Positions 28,702 through 38,678 of a stretch of DNA of 64,000 bases are shown one piece after another. The notes under the pieces are model-generated. The model ran no database searches. It saw only the letters and a list, made by a program, of their open reading frames with translations, and was not told where the DNA came from. Position numbers and translations under genes: made by a program. Each line of letters begins with the position of its first letter. The stretch's first letter is position 1. Source of the DNA: an uncultured Gammaproteobacteria bacterium (GTDB lineage Bacteria; Patescibacteriota; Patescibacteriia; UBA9570; XYC2-FULL-38-9); NCBI GenBank assembly GCA_964344485.1, contig CAYFNF010000001.1:122115-186114 (forward strand), read 5' to 3'.

Positions 28702-29292
28702 ATGCTAAACTTCTTTTTTGAACTCGGGATGATGAAGCGAAACAAGCACGAAGGTGCACGTCTTTCTGGTGTAGAGAACCCTGAAAGTTTAGCTGATCAT
28801 ACTATGCGTGCAGCCGTGATTGCATATGTGTTAGCGCATGAAGAAGGCGCAGATCCACTGCGTTGTGCAATGATGTTACTCATCCATGATATCCCTGAGT
28901 GTCGAGTCTCTGACCAGCATAAAGTCGCTGCACGGTACTACGATGCAAGAGAAGCTGAAGAGAAAGCGTTTGAAGATCAAATCGCTTCGTTTCCAGAACC
29001 AATGAAAAAAGAGTGGGCACAGATGTTTCAGGAGTTCAATGACCGTTCAACCAAAGAAGGTACTATCGCCAAGGATGCAGATTGGGTGGAGCTAGCGATT
29101 GCAGCTCGTGAGTATATCGACCTGGGTTTTGTGGGTATGCAGGATTGGTTATTCAACATCTCTCAAGCAGTAGAGACCGAGACTGCACGCAAATGGATGG
29201 AGGAGATTCAGACCGCAAACCCAAACGAGTGGTGGCAACATTTAAAACAGATGACCTATACAACAAAAGAAGATGACGTAAGCACAGATTAG
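28702..29292 (+). CDS. HD-domain phosphohydrolase (YfbR-like 5'-deoxynucleotidase family)
   Basis: HxxR...LIHDIPE motifs. The exact start (MLNFF vs MMKRN) is uncertain. Confidence 0.65.
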   Translation: MLNFFFELGMMKRNKHEGARLSGVENPESLADHTMRAAVIAYVLAHEEGADPLRCAMMLLIHDIPECRVSDQHKVAARYYDAREAEEKAFEDQIASFPEPMKKEWAQMFQEFNDRSTKEGTIAKDADWVELAIAAREYIDLGFVGMQDWLFNISQAVETETARKWMEEIQTANPNEWWQHLKQMTYTTKEDDVSTD

Positions 29293-29345
29293 GGAGTGAC
29301 AGCGGCCGCGCTGATAACAACGGACCATAACTATTAGTTTTTATT

Positions 29346-30587
29346 ATGATTCAATACGACGATATAAAAAAAGCGGACCCAGAGATTGGAGAAGCACTAG
29401 AACAAGAGCTCAAGCGACAACAGGAGACGCTGGAGATGATCCCAGCGGAGAACTTTATTTCAGAACCAGTGCTACAAGCGTTGGGTTCGATTGCTACGAA
29501 TAAATACTCTGAAGGGTATCCAGGGAATCGGTACTACGGCGGGTGCCAACACATTGATGTGATTGAACAAGCAGCGATTGATCGTGCAAAAGAGCTATTT
29601 GGCGCAGAGCATGCAAATGTGCAGCCGTTATCTGGTGCGCCTATGAACGTTGCAGTGTACTCAGCGATCATGGAGCCCGGAGATACGATTCTTGGCATGG
29701 ATCTGTCGCATGGTGGGCACCTTACGCATGGACATCCAATAACGTACATGGCAAAGATCTATAACTTTATTCGATATAAGTGTGACCCAGATACCGGGGA
29801 GATCGATTATGAAGAGATTCGACGCATTGCACAACAAGAAAAACCAAAGATGGTGCTTGCAGGGTTCTCTGCGTACTCGCGTGAAGTGGATTATCAGAAG
29901 ATTCATGACATCGCGCAGGAAGTTGGAGCAGTAAGCATGATGGACATGGCACACATTGCAGGGTTAGTTGCAGGAGGGGCGCTGAATAATCCAGTACCGA
30001 TCATGGACATTGTGACTACTACAACTCACAAGACTCTGCGTGGACCTCGCGGTGGAATGATCATGTGTAAAAAAGAGTTCGCAAAAAAGATTGATAAAGC
30101 AGTGTTTCCTGGATTGCAAGGTGGCCCACATGAAAATCAGATCGCTGCACTGGCGATAGCATTGAAAGAAGCTGCAGCGCCAGAGTTTAAAGAGTATGCT
30201 GATCAGGTCGTGAAAAACGCTAAAGCGTTATGTGGTGCACTAGAGCAAGGTGGGCTGCGCATTATGTTCGGAGGGACAGACAACCATTTGATTCTCACCG
30301 ATGTGACGCCGCTGGACTTAACAGGCAAGCAAGCGCAAGAGATTTTAGATGAGGTGGGAATTACTGCAAATAAAAATATGATTCCAGATGATCCTCGCAA
30401 GCCAATGAACCCATCTGGCCTCAGGTTTGGTACTCCGGCACTCACCACTCGTGGTATGAAAGAACCAGAGATGGAGCGCATTGGAGAGATGATCATCCAG
30501 TTGTTACAGAAACCTGAAGATCAAGAGATAAAACAAAAAGCCCAGCAAATGGTTGCTGAGCTTGTGAAGGAGTTTCCTTTGTATTAG
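29346..30587 (+). CDS. glyA: Serine hydroxymethyltransferase
   Basis: YSEGYPGNRYYGGCQHIDVIE and the PLP-lysine region TTTTHKTLRGPRGG. Confidence 0.9.
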   Translation: MIQYDDIKKADPEIGEALEQELKRQQETLEMIPAENFISEPVLQALGSIATNKYSEGYPGNRYYGGCQHIDVIEQAAIDRAKELFGAEHANVQPLSGAPMNVAVYSAIMEPGDTILGMDLSHGGHLTHGHPITYMAKIYNFIRYKCDPDTGEIDYEEIRRIAQQEKPKMVLAGFSAYSREVDYQKIHDIAQEVGAVSMMDMAHIAGLVAGGALNNPVPIMDIVTTTTHKTLRGPRGGMIMCKKEFAKKIDKAVFPGLQGGPHENQIAALAIALKEAAAPEFKEYADQVVKNAKALCGALEQGGLRIMFGGTDNHLILTDVTPLDLTGKQAQEILDEVGITANKNMIPDDPRKPMNPSGLRFGTPALTTRGMKEPEMERIGEMIIQLLQKPEDQEIKQKAQQMVAELVKEFPLY

Positions 30588-31181
30588 TTATTCTGCTCGC
30601 TCGCGTGCAAGAATTTCTTGAAATGCAGCTCTCGCTTTTACAAGACGTTTTCCAACGCCCCCTTTTGAGATTCCAAGTTGTGCTGCTGCTTCGTCATACG
30701 TCTTTTTTTCAACATCTACTAATACCATAGTGTCGCGTAGATCCGGAGGCAATTGGTCTAAGCACCGATGGAGTAAAGCAGTGTCTTGCCTCACTGCTGC
30801 TGCTCGTTCTGGGCTCATTCCAAATTCAGCATGTGCATCTGCAGTTGCTTCCCAAGTCGGTGCGTCATCTCCTGCGTTTACATCTTCGTACCCCATGGTT
30901 CTTCGTACATCACGCATCCCCGCTCTTTTATGTCGAATATCATTAAGCGCAGTGCGTTCTACAATTCTACATAACCATGCTTTGACGTTACCTACTTCTC
31001 TCATCTTATCGCGGCTTTTCCACGCTTTCAGCATCGCATCCTGAAGCACATCAGCAGCGTTCTCTTCATTTTTCATAAAGCTCATGGCAATTCTATATAG
31101 CAGTGCCATATGTGGGCGTACAAGGCTGTCGAATTCTTGTTGGGTCATGGTTTGGACAACCTCAAGATCGGGTGCTGGCAT
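30588..31181 (-). CDS. ECF-type RNA polymerase sigma-70 family factor
   Basis: Region 2 (VLQDAMLKAWKSRDKM) and region 4 HTH (AAAQLGISKGGVGKRLVKARAAFQE). Confidence 0.75.
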   Translation of the reverse strand: MPAPDLEVVQTMTQQEFDSLVRPHMALLYRIAMSFMKNEENAADVLQDAMLKAWKSRDKMREVGNVKAWLCRIVERTALNDIRHKRAGMRDVRRTMGYEDVNAGDDAPTWEATADAHAEFGMSPERAAAVRQDTALLHRCLDQLPPDLRDTMVLVDVEKKTYDEAAAQLGISKGGVGKRLVKARAAFQEILARERAE

Positions 31182-31307
31182 ACTGTCCTCTGGTGGGTGC
31201 TCAGCTTGATCGCGTTGACCACCAGTGTCTGGTTCGACTGGCAGTGGGGTTGGACGTGCTCTACGAGCACTAGCTGTTCCTTCTGGTATAGATATATTGA
31301 TAATGAT

Positions 31308-32099
31308 TTATAATTCTGATGGTAGTTCAGTGAGAAGTTCTTGTAGTTTCTTTCTTGCATAGAACATGCGACTCATCACTGTTCCTTCTGGGATTCCTAG
31401 ACGTTGTGCGATCTCTTTATACTTCAACCCTCCAAATCGATGCATCTCATAGACTTGTCGCTGATCTTCAGGGAGCTGCTCCATGCAGCCACGAATACGG
31501 TCGAGCATTCGTTGTGCTCGAACAGCGCGTTCAGGGTCCATTCCATGCGCAGGTCGATCTGGATACGGTTTATCTGTAAGTTTAGCTGAGCCTTCCTCTC
31601 CGACATTTTCACTAATCTCTCTTCCGCGTCTTCGTGATCGTTTACGCCATAGATCCTTTGCCGCGTTCTCTGCAATTCGGAAAATATACCCTCGAAATTT
31701 TGCTGGTGAAGAGACCCTGGCAAGATTTCGATGGATTTTTATTAGAGTATCTTGAAGCGCGTCTTTTGCGTCTTGCTGATCTTGCAGGATAGCGTAGCAA
31801 CGTGCATAGAGAAGTCGTTGGTACGGTTGTACCAATGCTTCGAATGCACCTGGATGGCCTTGAATTGCAGCTTCGAGTAGTCGAGCAGTCTCTTCATCTT
31901 CCATTTTTTTTACGGCTTCTGCAGCACCTGCCTCTTCTGGTTCTACAACACGTAAATCAGGCTGTTCCTCTTCTTCAATAGAGGGAACCTGTAGATGCTG
32001 ATCGTCATCATCGTCCAAATCTCTTCTTGGGATTCGTACTGCTGATGATCGTGTTGGTCGAAATTCATTCATATGTGTACTTTGTATAATATAGAACAA
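31308..32099 (-). CDS. ECF-type RNA polymerase sigma-70 family factor with an acidic N-terminal extension
   Basis: Region 2 (ALQDTLIKIHRNLARV) and region 4 (IAQRLGIPEGTVMSRMFYARKKLQE). About 70 aa of D/E-rich N-terminus. Confidence 0.75.
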   Translation of the reverse strand: MFYIIQSTHMNEFRPTRSSAVRIPRRDLDDDDDQHLQVPSIEEEEQPDLRVVEPEEAGAAEAVKKMEDEETARLLEAAIQGHPGAFEALVQPYQRLLYARCYAILQDQQDAKDALQDTLIKIHRNLARVSSPAKFRGYIFRIAENAAKDLWRKRSRRRGREISENVGEEGSAKLTDKPYPDRPAHGMDPERAVRAQRMLDRIRGCMEQLPEDQRQVYEMHRFGGLKYKEIAQRLGIPEGTVMSRMFYARKKLQELLTELPSEL

Positions 32100-32159
32100 T
32101 AGATCCTAACACAAATTTTTCTCATTGTCAATACGAAATGCTTTTGCTACTCTAAGTAC

Positions 32160-33020
32160 ATGAGTGAACATGTTACGAAAATCCTCAACGGCGAAGGCTT
32201 GGCCACACAAGTACGCGCGTCGCTAAAAAAACGGATCATGGAATCAGGTATTCAGCCTGGCTTGGCAGTGATTTTGGTTGGACACGACCCTGCCTCGGAG
32301 ATTTATGTGCAGTTCAAAGCTGAAGCGTCTGAAGAAGTTGGCATGTATCTGGAAACGTATGAGTTTGAGGATGACATTGATGAACGAAAGCTACTGAAGT
32401 GCATCAATAAATTGAATAAGAATAAGAAGATTCACGGTATTTTAGTACAGCTTCCGCTTCCAGACCACATCAATACACATCATATTATGAACTCTATTGA
32501 TCCGATTAAAGATGTAGATGGATTTCACCCAGAGAATATCGGTTGGTTGTCTATTGGAGAGCCGGAGTTTATGCCAGCAACCACTCTTGGTATTTGGCAA
32601 CTGTTAGAATCAGCGCATATAGATGTAAAAGGGAAGCATGTGGTTATGGTAGGTGCGAGTAATATCGTTGGCAAACCCACTGCAGCGTTATTACAGAACA
32701 AAAAAGCCACAGTCACGGTGTGCAATAGTGCAACAGAGGATTTGGGTGCAATTACCAAGCAAGCAGACATTTTAATCACAGCAACTGGGAAGCCAAGCTT
32801 GATTACTGCAGATATGGTAAAAAAAGGAGCAGTAGTGATTGATGCAGGCATTGCACGCATTGAAGGAACGGTCTATGGAGACGTGGATTATGAAGAAGTA
32901 AGCAAGAAAGTAGATTATATCACTCCGGTTCCGGGCGGAGTCGGGCCCATGACGGTTGCGTCGCTACTGGAGAATACTTGGATCGCAGCGTGCCGCATTA
33001 ATGGAGTAGAAACAGAATAA
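32160..33020 (+). CDS. folD: Bifunctional methylenetetrahydrofolate dehydrogenase / methenyl-THF cyclohydrolase
   Basis: N-terminus ILNGEGLATQVRASLKKRI. NAD(P) region GASNIVGKP. 286 aa. Sits beside glyA (one-carbon module). Confidence 0.85.
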   Translation: MSEHVTKILNGEGLATQVRASLKKRIMESGIQPGLAVILVGHDPASEIYVQFKAEASEEVGMYLETYEFEDDIDERKLLKCINKLNKNKKIHGILVQLPLPDHINTHHIMNSIDPIKDVDGFHPENIGWLSIGEPEFMPATTLGIWQLLESAHIDVKGKHVVMVGASNIVGKPTAALLQNKKATVTVCNSATEDLGAITKQADILITATGKPSLITADMVKKGAVVIDAGIARIEGTVYGDVDYEEVSKKVDYITPVPGGVGPMTVASLLENTWIAACRINGVETE

Positions 33021-33089
33021 AAATCAGCAAGAACAAGCAGCGTAGAACAATCGCGGTTTTTTTGTGGAACATTTTTCACGCTTCAGGTC

Positions 33090-33118
33090 TTGACAAAAGC
33101 GAAAAAGTGCGCTAGTAT
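33090..33118 (+). promoter_or_regulatory. Near-consensus sigma70 promoter (TTGACA - 17 nt - TAGTAT)
   Basis: TTGACA at 33090-33095, 17-nt spacer, TAGTAT at 33113-33118. A roughly 200-nt structured leader follows before the high-GC small ORF. Confidence 0.6.
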
Positions 33119-33319
33119 GATCTGTTCTTTATATCCAAGAACTGGAACTGTCACGAGGAGAGAGTGACAATCCAACAACAGGGACGACCCAGAGACGCCT
33201 GCTAAGTATTAAATAAGACGCCGAATTTTTTGCAGCCTTATTTAGTAGCTAGCAGCCGTCCTGGACAAGTCGGGAATCGCCTACGGGCGTGAACCGCACG
33301 GTCTGCATCGGAGGTACTC

Positions 33320-33505
33320 ATGACCCTGACCCTGTCCCTGTCCGCCCTCGCCCTCACCGCCCTGCTGCTCTCGGTCCGCTCGCGCCGCATCGCGCGCGAG
33401 ACCGCCGCCGCGGAGTTCGAGGCCCGCTACGCCGTCGTCTACGACCGCCCGGTCACGATCGACACCGAGCGCTGGCTGACCGCCGGCATGGCCACGAGCA
33501 AGTAG
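33320..33505 (+). CDS. Small hypothetical membrane protein (61 aa), high GC
   Basis: GGAGG is 7 nt upstream of the ATG. N-terminal TM helix LTLSLSALALTALLLSV. The alternative overlapping ORF 33289..33633 is Arg-rich and less likely. Confidence 0.4.
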   Translation: MTLTLSLSALALTALLLSVRSRRIARETAAAEFEARYAVVYDRPVTIDTERWLTAGMATSK

Positions 33506-33622
33506 GAGCGCCTGAGGCGCAGAGGAGCGCCCGGCCAGGGTTCATCGCGACGCATACGCTCGCGACCTGGCCGCTCCTTCCCTGCAGTGTTACCCAACAC
33601 TTCAGAGAAGGAGTACAAAAAG

Positions 33623-33645
33623 ACCGCGTTTAAAGCGCGGTTTTA
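33623..33645. terminator. Bidirectional rho-independent terminator
   Basis: accgcg-tttaaag-cgcggt flanked by A5 and T4. Confidence 0.55.
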
Positions 33646-33789
33646 TAGTATTGCGTAATATGGAGTTTTCCCTTATGCTGAGCAAGTAATAATTGCAGAG
33701 CGCTACGTGATATTGCCTCGGACTAAAACCCGGCTCACGCCGGGCCAACCGTCCTGTGGTAATATCACCTCCGCGCTCTATAAAAGAAT

Positions 33790-34857
33790 ATGTCATTACA
33801 AGTCGGAATCGTTGGACTACCCAACGTCGGAAAATCTACATTATTTCAAGCGCTCACTCGCACTGCAGTGCCAGCTGAGAATTTCCCTTTTTGCACGGTT
33901 GATCCAAATGTCGGTGTGGTTGCGGTTCCGGACGAACGGTTAGCACCGTTAGCACCGTTAGTGAGCACCACCACAATCATTCCCACTACCATAGAGTTTG
34001 TCGATATCGCTGGCTTAGTCAAAGGAGCGCATAAAGGCGAGGGTTTAGGCAATCAGTTTCTTTCACATATCCGTGAAGTAGACGCGATTGCTGAAGTGAT
34101 TCGTGTGTTTGAAGATCCGGATGTCACGCATGTTGAAGGCCAGGCTGATCCTATGGCAGATATGGAGACCATTCACTTAGAATTGATGATGGCCGATCTG
34201 CAAGTCGTAGAGAAGCTTGTTGCAGCAGCAGAGAAAAAAGTGCGCGGTCAAGACAAGGAAGCCGCAGCAGAGCTTGCGGTGCTTCAGAAGTTTCAATCTG
34301 CATTAGAAAAAGAGAGCTTAGCCAATACCGTGGAGCTGACAGAAGAGGAGGAGGAAGTGGTCAAGCATGTACAGCTCCTAACGCGCAAACCGTTTATCTT
34401 CGTGGCGAACACTGATGAAGGCGCGACTGCAGCAGATATCCCTACAGCACTGCAAGATAAGAATCCTATTATCATCTCAGCGAAAATTGAAGCAGAGCTT
34501 ACGCAGCTCGATGAAAAAGAAGCACAAGACATGATGAAAGAGCTGAACATGCAGCAGACAGGACTTACAGCGTTAATCCAAAAAGGATACGAGACCCTCG
34601 GACTGATTACGTTCTTCACTGCAGGAGAGAAAGAGGTGCGCGCATGGACAGTACACAGGAATGCGTCAGCACCAGAAGCAGCGGGTGTGATTCACACAGA
34701 TTTTCAAGAAGGTTTTATTCGCGCAGAAGTGGTCGCGTATGATGATTTTATTTCATGCGGCGGATGGACGGGCGCTCGAGAAAAAGGAAAAGTTCGAATG
34801 GAAGGCAAAGAGTATCACGTGCAAGACGGTGACATCATGCATTTTCATTTTCAGTAA
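33790..34857 (+). CDS. ychF: Ribosome-binding ATPase YchF (Obg-family GTPase)
   Basis: GIVGLPNVGKSTLFQALT G1 motif. 355 aa with a TGS-like C-terminus. Confidence 0.85.
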   Translation: MSLQVGIVGLPNVGKSTLFQALTRTAVPAENFPFCTVDPNVGVVAVPDERLAPLAPLVSTTTIIPTTIEFVDIAGLVKGAHKGEGLGNQFLSHIREVDAIAEVIRVFEDPDVTHVEGQADPMADMETIHLELMMADLQVVEKLVAAAEKKVRGQDKEAAAELAVLQKFQSALEKESLANTVELTEEEEEVVKHVQLLTRKPFIFVANTDEGATAADIPTALQDKNPIIISAKIEAELTQLDEKEAQDMMKELNMQQTGLTALIQKGYETLGLITFFTAGEKEVRAWTVHRNASAPEAAGVIHTDFQEGFIRAEVVAYDDFISCGGWTGAREKGKVRMEGKEYHVQDGDIMHFHFQ

Positions 34858-34869
34858 TGCTATTAGCGA

Positions 34870-35622
34870 TTATTCAATGTCTGTGACAGGGACACGCCTG
34901 AACAGATCATTGCTTTCGCGGCTTGCCATATAAAACACCAACCCGAATTCTGTACACACCGCCTTATTGAAGTGAATGAGTTGCGCGAATTGATTTTCTG
35001 GACGAGCAACATCACTACCCAGATATTCCTCTCGTAACTGTTTTATTCTTCTTTCAACTTGGTCTTGCTCCAGATCATTTGGAGTGACTGACGTTTTTAA
35101 TACCATGAGTCGATAGTCATTGCCGTACGCAACTAGAATTGCTTGTTGTTCAGGTTCTGAGAGAAGGCTGATATAATCTTGTCCACTAAATCCATGTGAC
35201 ATATTGTGTCCGGATTCTGTTGGATGTGTATGAATTGTTGCGACAACAGACTGATGTCGTTCTCTGCCGGGCTGCTTTGAAAGACGAACATTTACTTCGG
35301 ACTCTGACCCTGCAGATATTTTCCCTGACATGAGAATGGTTTTCTTTTGCGTATCTGCTAACACTGCTCGTGCATGTTCGCGGTTTGATCTTGACGTCCG
35401 ATCTAAGAGATCATCAATAAATTTCCGCCATCGTTGCAGCTGTATAGTATTTGGGCAGTTTGCTGCTGGTATAGACTCACCATTTCCAACCGTTGCGAGC
35501 GCAACAAGGATTTGATTAAACTGCGTTGAATCCCAGGCACTTGATTCTGTCATTTGCCTAATAGCCGCAGCGTCATCTGGGTGGACGGTTCGTGGTCTGT
35601 AACCTTTGTGATCTCGAAACAT
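34870..35622 (-). CDS. Hypothetical protein; possible metal-binding His cluster (HTHPTESGHNMSHGFSGQD)
   Basis: No secure family assignment. The spacing to the downstream SGQD does not match a canonical JAMM motif. Confidence 0.4.
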   Translation of the reverse strand: MFRDHKGYRPRTVHPDDAAAIRQMTESSAWDSTQFNQILVALATVGNGESIPAANCPNTIQLQRWRKFIDDLLDRTSRSNREHARAVLADTQKKTILMSGKISAGSESEVNVRLSKQPGRERHQSVVATIHTHPTESGHNMSHGFSGQDYISLLSEPEQQAILVAYGNDYRLMVLKTSVTPNDLEQDQVERRIKQLREEYLGSDVARPENQFAQLIHFNKAVCTEFGLVFYMASRESNDLFRRVPVTDIE

Positions 35623-35688
35623 ATTTTTACTATTACAAAAAAAAGCAAAAATCGCAAGCGACAGGTACGGCGTTGTTTGCTGAACGTA

Positions 35689-36840
35689 CTATTGCGCAAT
35701 AATGATCTCACGTCCAACACTTTGCTGTGGTCGACGATATAGTAATGGAGGTCGCTGCAGAGAAAACCCCCCGTTAGAGATAATCTGTTTTATCGGTAGA
35801 TGATGTTCTTGGTTTTTGCTATACCAAAACGGAAGCGCTGCTACGATCACACCGTTTGGCGCAAGTATTGCACGGAACTCTTTAAAGACTTCGGCGTACA
35901 GTTGCTGCAGTTCTTTCTCTATAGAAGGTATCTGCTTGGGGTGCGGCGTAGGCGGTCCTAGATGGCCTTCAAAGATAATTCGGTCAACTGACTGTTTGTG
36001 TATAATACCGTTCTGCACTAGCAGCTCTGCTCGAGAAGCATGAATTGGCACTGGAGGCAGGTCCAACCACTGGAGATTTTTCTTGGTGTCTGTGACTGCT
36101 TTTCTACTGATGTCACTTCCGATCACTTGCGAATAACCGAGCAACAGCGCTTCTTGGAGTACGGTTCCTGAGCCACAGAACGGATCCAGGATCGTGGAAT
36201 CCTCTGTGGGTTGCGCTAGGTTGATCATCATGCGTGCAACTTTGGGTGGAAGCATGCCAGCGCGTACGTCTCGCTGTGGTCGGCCGTAGTCTCGCTTTGA
36301 GAACTTCTGAAACGGTTGAACTGCAAGCGTCTTGCCGAATACGATGCTGTTCGTATCTTTCAACAATACAATCTCCACTCCATTCTTCAGTAAGCGCTCT
36401 TTATGAACAATCACTGATGAGAGCTGTACTTCTTTAGACTCTACAAAACGTGAAGAGACCTCCGCATTCTTGAAGGATTTTTTCAACGCTAGCCCTAACG
36501 TTTTTATGTGCTTCCAGTGTTTCTTTAATTTGATCTCTGGTGAGAGTGCATACAGAGAAAAACCAAAATGGAACTTTGATGTTGGATCCGCTTGCTCAAT
36601 CAACCAGTCAGCAATAGCCTCTTCATCAAATTCACCGATAATCTCAACAATTTTCACAGTCCCGCCAAGTCGTTCCATGAGCGCAGCAGCGTCTAGCGGT
36701 TCTGTGCAGGCCACTAGTGCAACCGAGTGTTTCAGTTGTACATCAGTTACTGGCAGTTCTTGTGATTCAAATACCGCTATCAACTCAGCAAGCGATAACT
36801 CAGGGTGAGAACCAACGATACAAGCGTATTGATGTTTCAT
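35689..36840 (-). CDS. THUMP-domain class I SAM-dependent RNA methyltransferase (Trm14/RlmL-like)
   Basis: N-terminal THUMP-like region. Motif I ILDPFCGSGTVLQEALLLG. An LGPP (DPPY-like) motif IV. Confidence 0.65.
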   Translation of the reverse strand: MKHQYACIVGSHPELSLAELIAVFESQELPVTDVQLKHSVALVACTEPLDAAALMERLGGTVKIVEIIGEFDEEAIADWLIEQADPTSKFHFGFSLYALSPEIKLKKHWKHIKTLGLALKKSFKNAEVSSRFVESKEVQLSSVIVHKERLLKNGVEIVLLKDTNSIVFGKTLAVQPFQKFSKRDYGRPQRDVRAGMLPPKVARMMINLAQPTEDSTILDPFCGSGTVLQEALLLGYSQVIGSDISRKAVTDTKKNLQWLDLPPVPIHASRAELLVQNGIIHKQSVDRIIFEGHLGPPTPHPKQIPSIEKELQQLYAEVFKEFRAILAPNGVIVAALPFWYSKNQEHHLPIKQIISNGGFSLQRPPLLYRRPQQSVGREIIIAQ

Positions 36841-36887
36841 ATACGACTACAGTAGCATATTTTTGCGATTTCTCGTATCATATAGAC

Positions 36888-38582
36888 ATGAAGCAACCAC
36901 GCGCAGTACTCTATGGAATCGGTGTATTTATCATATGCGCAGGTATTATTATTGGTTTTCGGCACGATCACGCACTTGCAGCGCTCACTGGGTTGGGAAC
37001 TGACGCACTCGAATCCTGGTCGTGGATCGGCATGCCAGTAGACCAAGCAGGCAGCACCGTAGGCATCTCACCAGAGTCTGCATATGGATTTATCCATTTA
37101 AACTGTTTAAGCGACGCGTCGTGTGATCCAGTAACTGGAGATGACACAGACCCACTCACTGGACTAGTTGAAGATCCATATGTAGCAGTGGATTTTGATA
37201 ATTGTACGAATGGTTTATGTGAAGTCGACGGTTGGGCATGGATGGGAACCGGAGACGCAGATGTGCCAGGAACAGAGGAGAGCATTGGGTGGTTGAATTT
37301 TGACCCTGCTCCGCTGCCTTCGTCAACATATGCAGATCCAGCATGTATCGCCCTTGGTCCAGCATATTATTATCCAGCTGAGCCGTGCTATTCAGCAAAG
37401 ATCGATGAAACAAATCAAGAGGAGCTTTCGGGGTGGGCGCGTTTTGAAACGTTAGCAGAACATGGTGGTGGAGTGTTGTTTGGCGCCCCTTCTATTGTTG
37501 ATGGTGATTGGGGTTGGGTGTTACTGCGAGGAAATGTTGATCCATCAGCAGGCGGGGCTGAATACGGAGTGCTCTATCGAAATGACACACTCGAAGGATG
37601 GGCGTACTCCGGAGGCGGAACAGTAGATCCAATTGGTTTGGCCTATGACAACTCCGTCGGACTTGGGTGGTTAGACTTCTCATCTGGAGTTACGGGAACC
37701 GTCACAGGAACTGGATATGTCTCAACAGAACGAGGAGATGTGTATGTGCACGGAGGAATCAATAATACCGTAGATCCAACCACACTAACACCAACACAGT
37801 ATAACGCGACATTCTTAATTCTCTCCAGCGACAGTAACCCCATCGTAAATTTCAATAGTGAATACGCAGACGGTTTAGGCGGAGCTGACGGCATCTTTAC
37901 AGAAGAGGACTTTGAGACCATGCAGTTACCAACAGATGATCAACTCTACCGCAGTGAGCTCGGCCGTATTGATATGGATAAACTCACGACCGTTGTCTCA
38001 GGTACAGAGAATGTGTATGGCGAGACCGTCCAGAGTATCTCAAGCCTGAGCACACTTTCTGGCAACTTATTTCTTGACGGAACGGTTTATGAAACGTCCG
38101 GTGGCACTATTTCAAATGCTATAACATTTATCAGCGGTACATCATCAGACCCTTCATCTGGTGCATTTGATGCAAGCGGCACCATTATTGTAGACGGAGA
38201 CCTACGTATTGAAGCAAATACTTTCTATGAGACCGGCACCGCGCTGCTGCACTTAGCGAATCTCCCTTCTATTGCGTGGGTGGTGTTGGGAGATGTCACG
38301 ATCGCAGAAAATGTGACCAATGTGGTGGGGTCGTTCTTCATTTTTGGCGACGCCTCCACTGATGATGGGAGATTAATCACTGAAGCACCAGGTTCAGCGC
38401 AGTTACAACTCTTTGGGCTCACTATGGCGTACGGATTTGACTTGCAGCGAACGTATGAAGGTGTTCCTGGCGTGAATGAAGCAGCAGAACTCTTTTATTA
38501 TGACGGTCGAATCATCGCAAACACACCTCCAGGACTGCGAGATTACGCGTCGGTACTACCATTAATTGAATCTGAAGAGTGA
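36888..38582 (+). CDS. Large N-terminally membrane-anchored extracellular protein (564 aa); hypothetical
   Basis: Start MKQPRAVLYGIGVFIICAGIIIGF (TM anchor), then a Gly/Asp/Thr-rich ectodomain. Lies directly upstream of the pilus operon. Confidence 0.55.
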   Translation: MKQPRAVLYGIGVFIICAGIIIGFRHDHALAALTGLGTDALESWSWIGMPVDQAGSTVGISPESAYGFIHLNCLSDASCDPVTGDDTDPLTGLVEDPYVAVDFDNCTNGLCEVDGWAWMGTGDADVPGTEESIGWLNFDPAPLPSSTYADPACIALGPAYYYPAEPCYSAKIDETNQEELSGWARFETLAEHGGGVLFGAPSIVDGDWGWVLLRGNVDPSAGGAEYGVLYRNDTLEGWAYSGGGTVDPIGLAYDNSVGLGWLDFSSGVTGTVTGTGYVSTERGDVYVHGGINNTVDPTTLTPTQYNATFLILSSDSNPIVNFNSEYADGLGGADGIFTEEDFETMQLPTDDQLYRSELGRIDMDKLTTVVSGTENVYGETVQSISSLSTLSGNLFLDGTVYETSGGTISNAITFISGTSSDPSSGAFDASGTIIVDGDLRIEANTFYETGTALLHLANLPSIAWVVLGDVTIAENVTNVVGSFFIFGDASTDDGRLITEAPGSAQLQLFGLTMAYGFDLQRTYEGVPGVNEAAELFYYDGRIIANTPPGLRDYASVLPLIESEE

Positions 38583-38678
38583 TTGTTTCAATGTTATGAA
38601 CAGATTGCTTGTCATGGGCTATAAAAGATGTTATAATAGCAGGTGAACTGCTAATTATTTTTTTAGTAAAGTTAGCGT

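Noticed and set aside
33131-33143. 13-mer 'ccaagaactggaa' shared between the 33.1 kb leader and the paralog-A leader hairpin at 60.03 kb
   Set aside because: In the 33.1 kb context the flanks do not extend the hairpin, and the rest of the conserved leader is absent. This is probably chance similarity. The real repeat is between the leaders at 60.03 kb and 61.94 kb.
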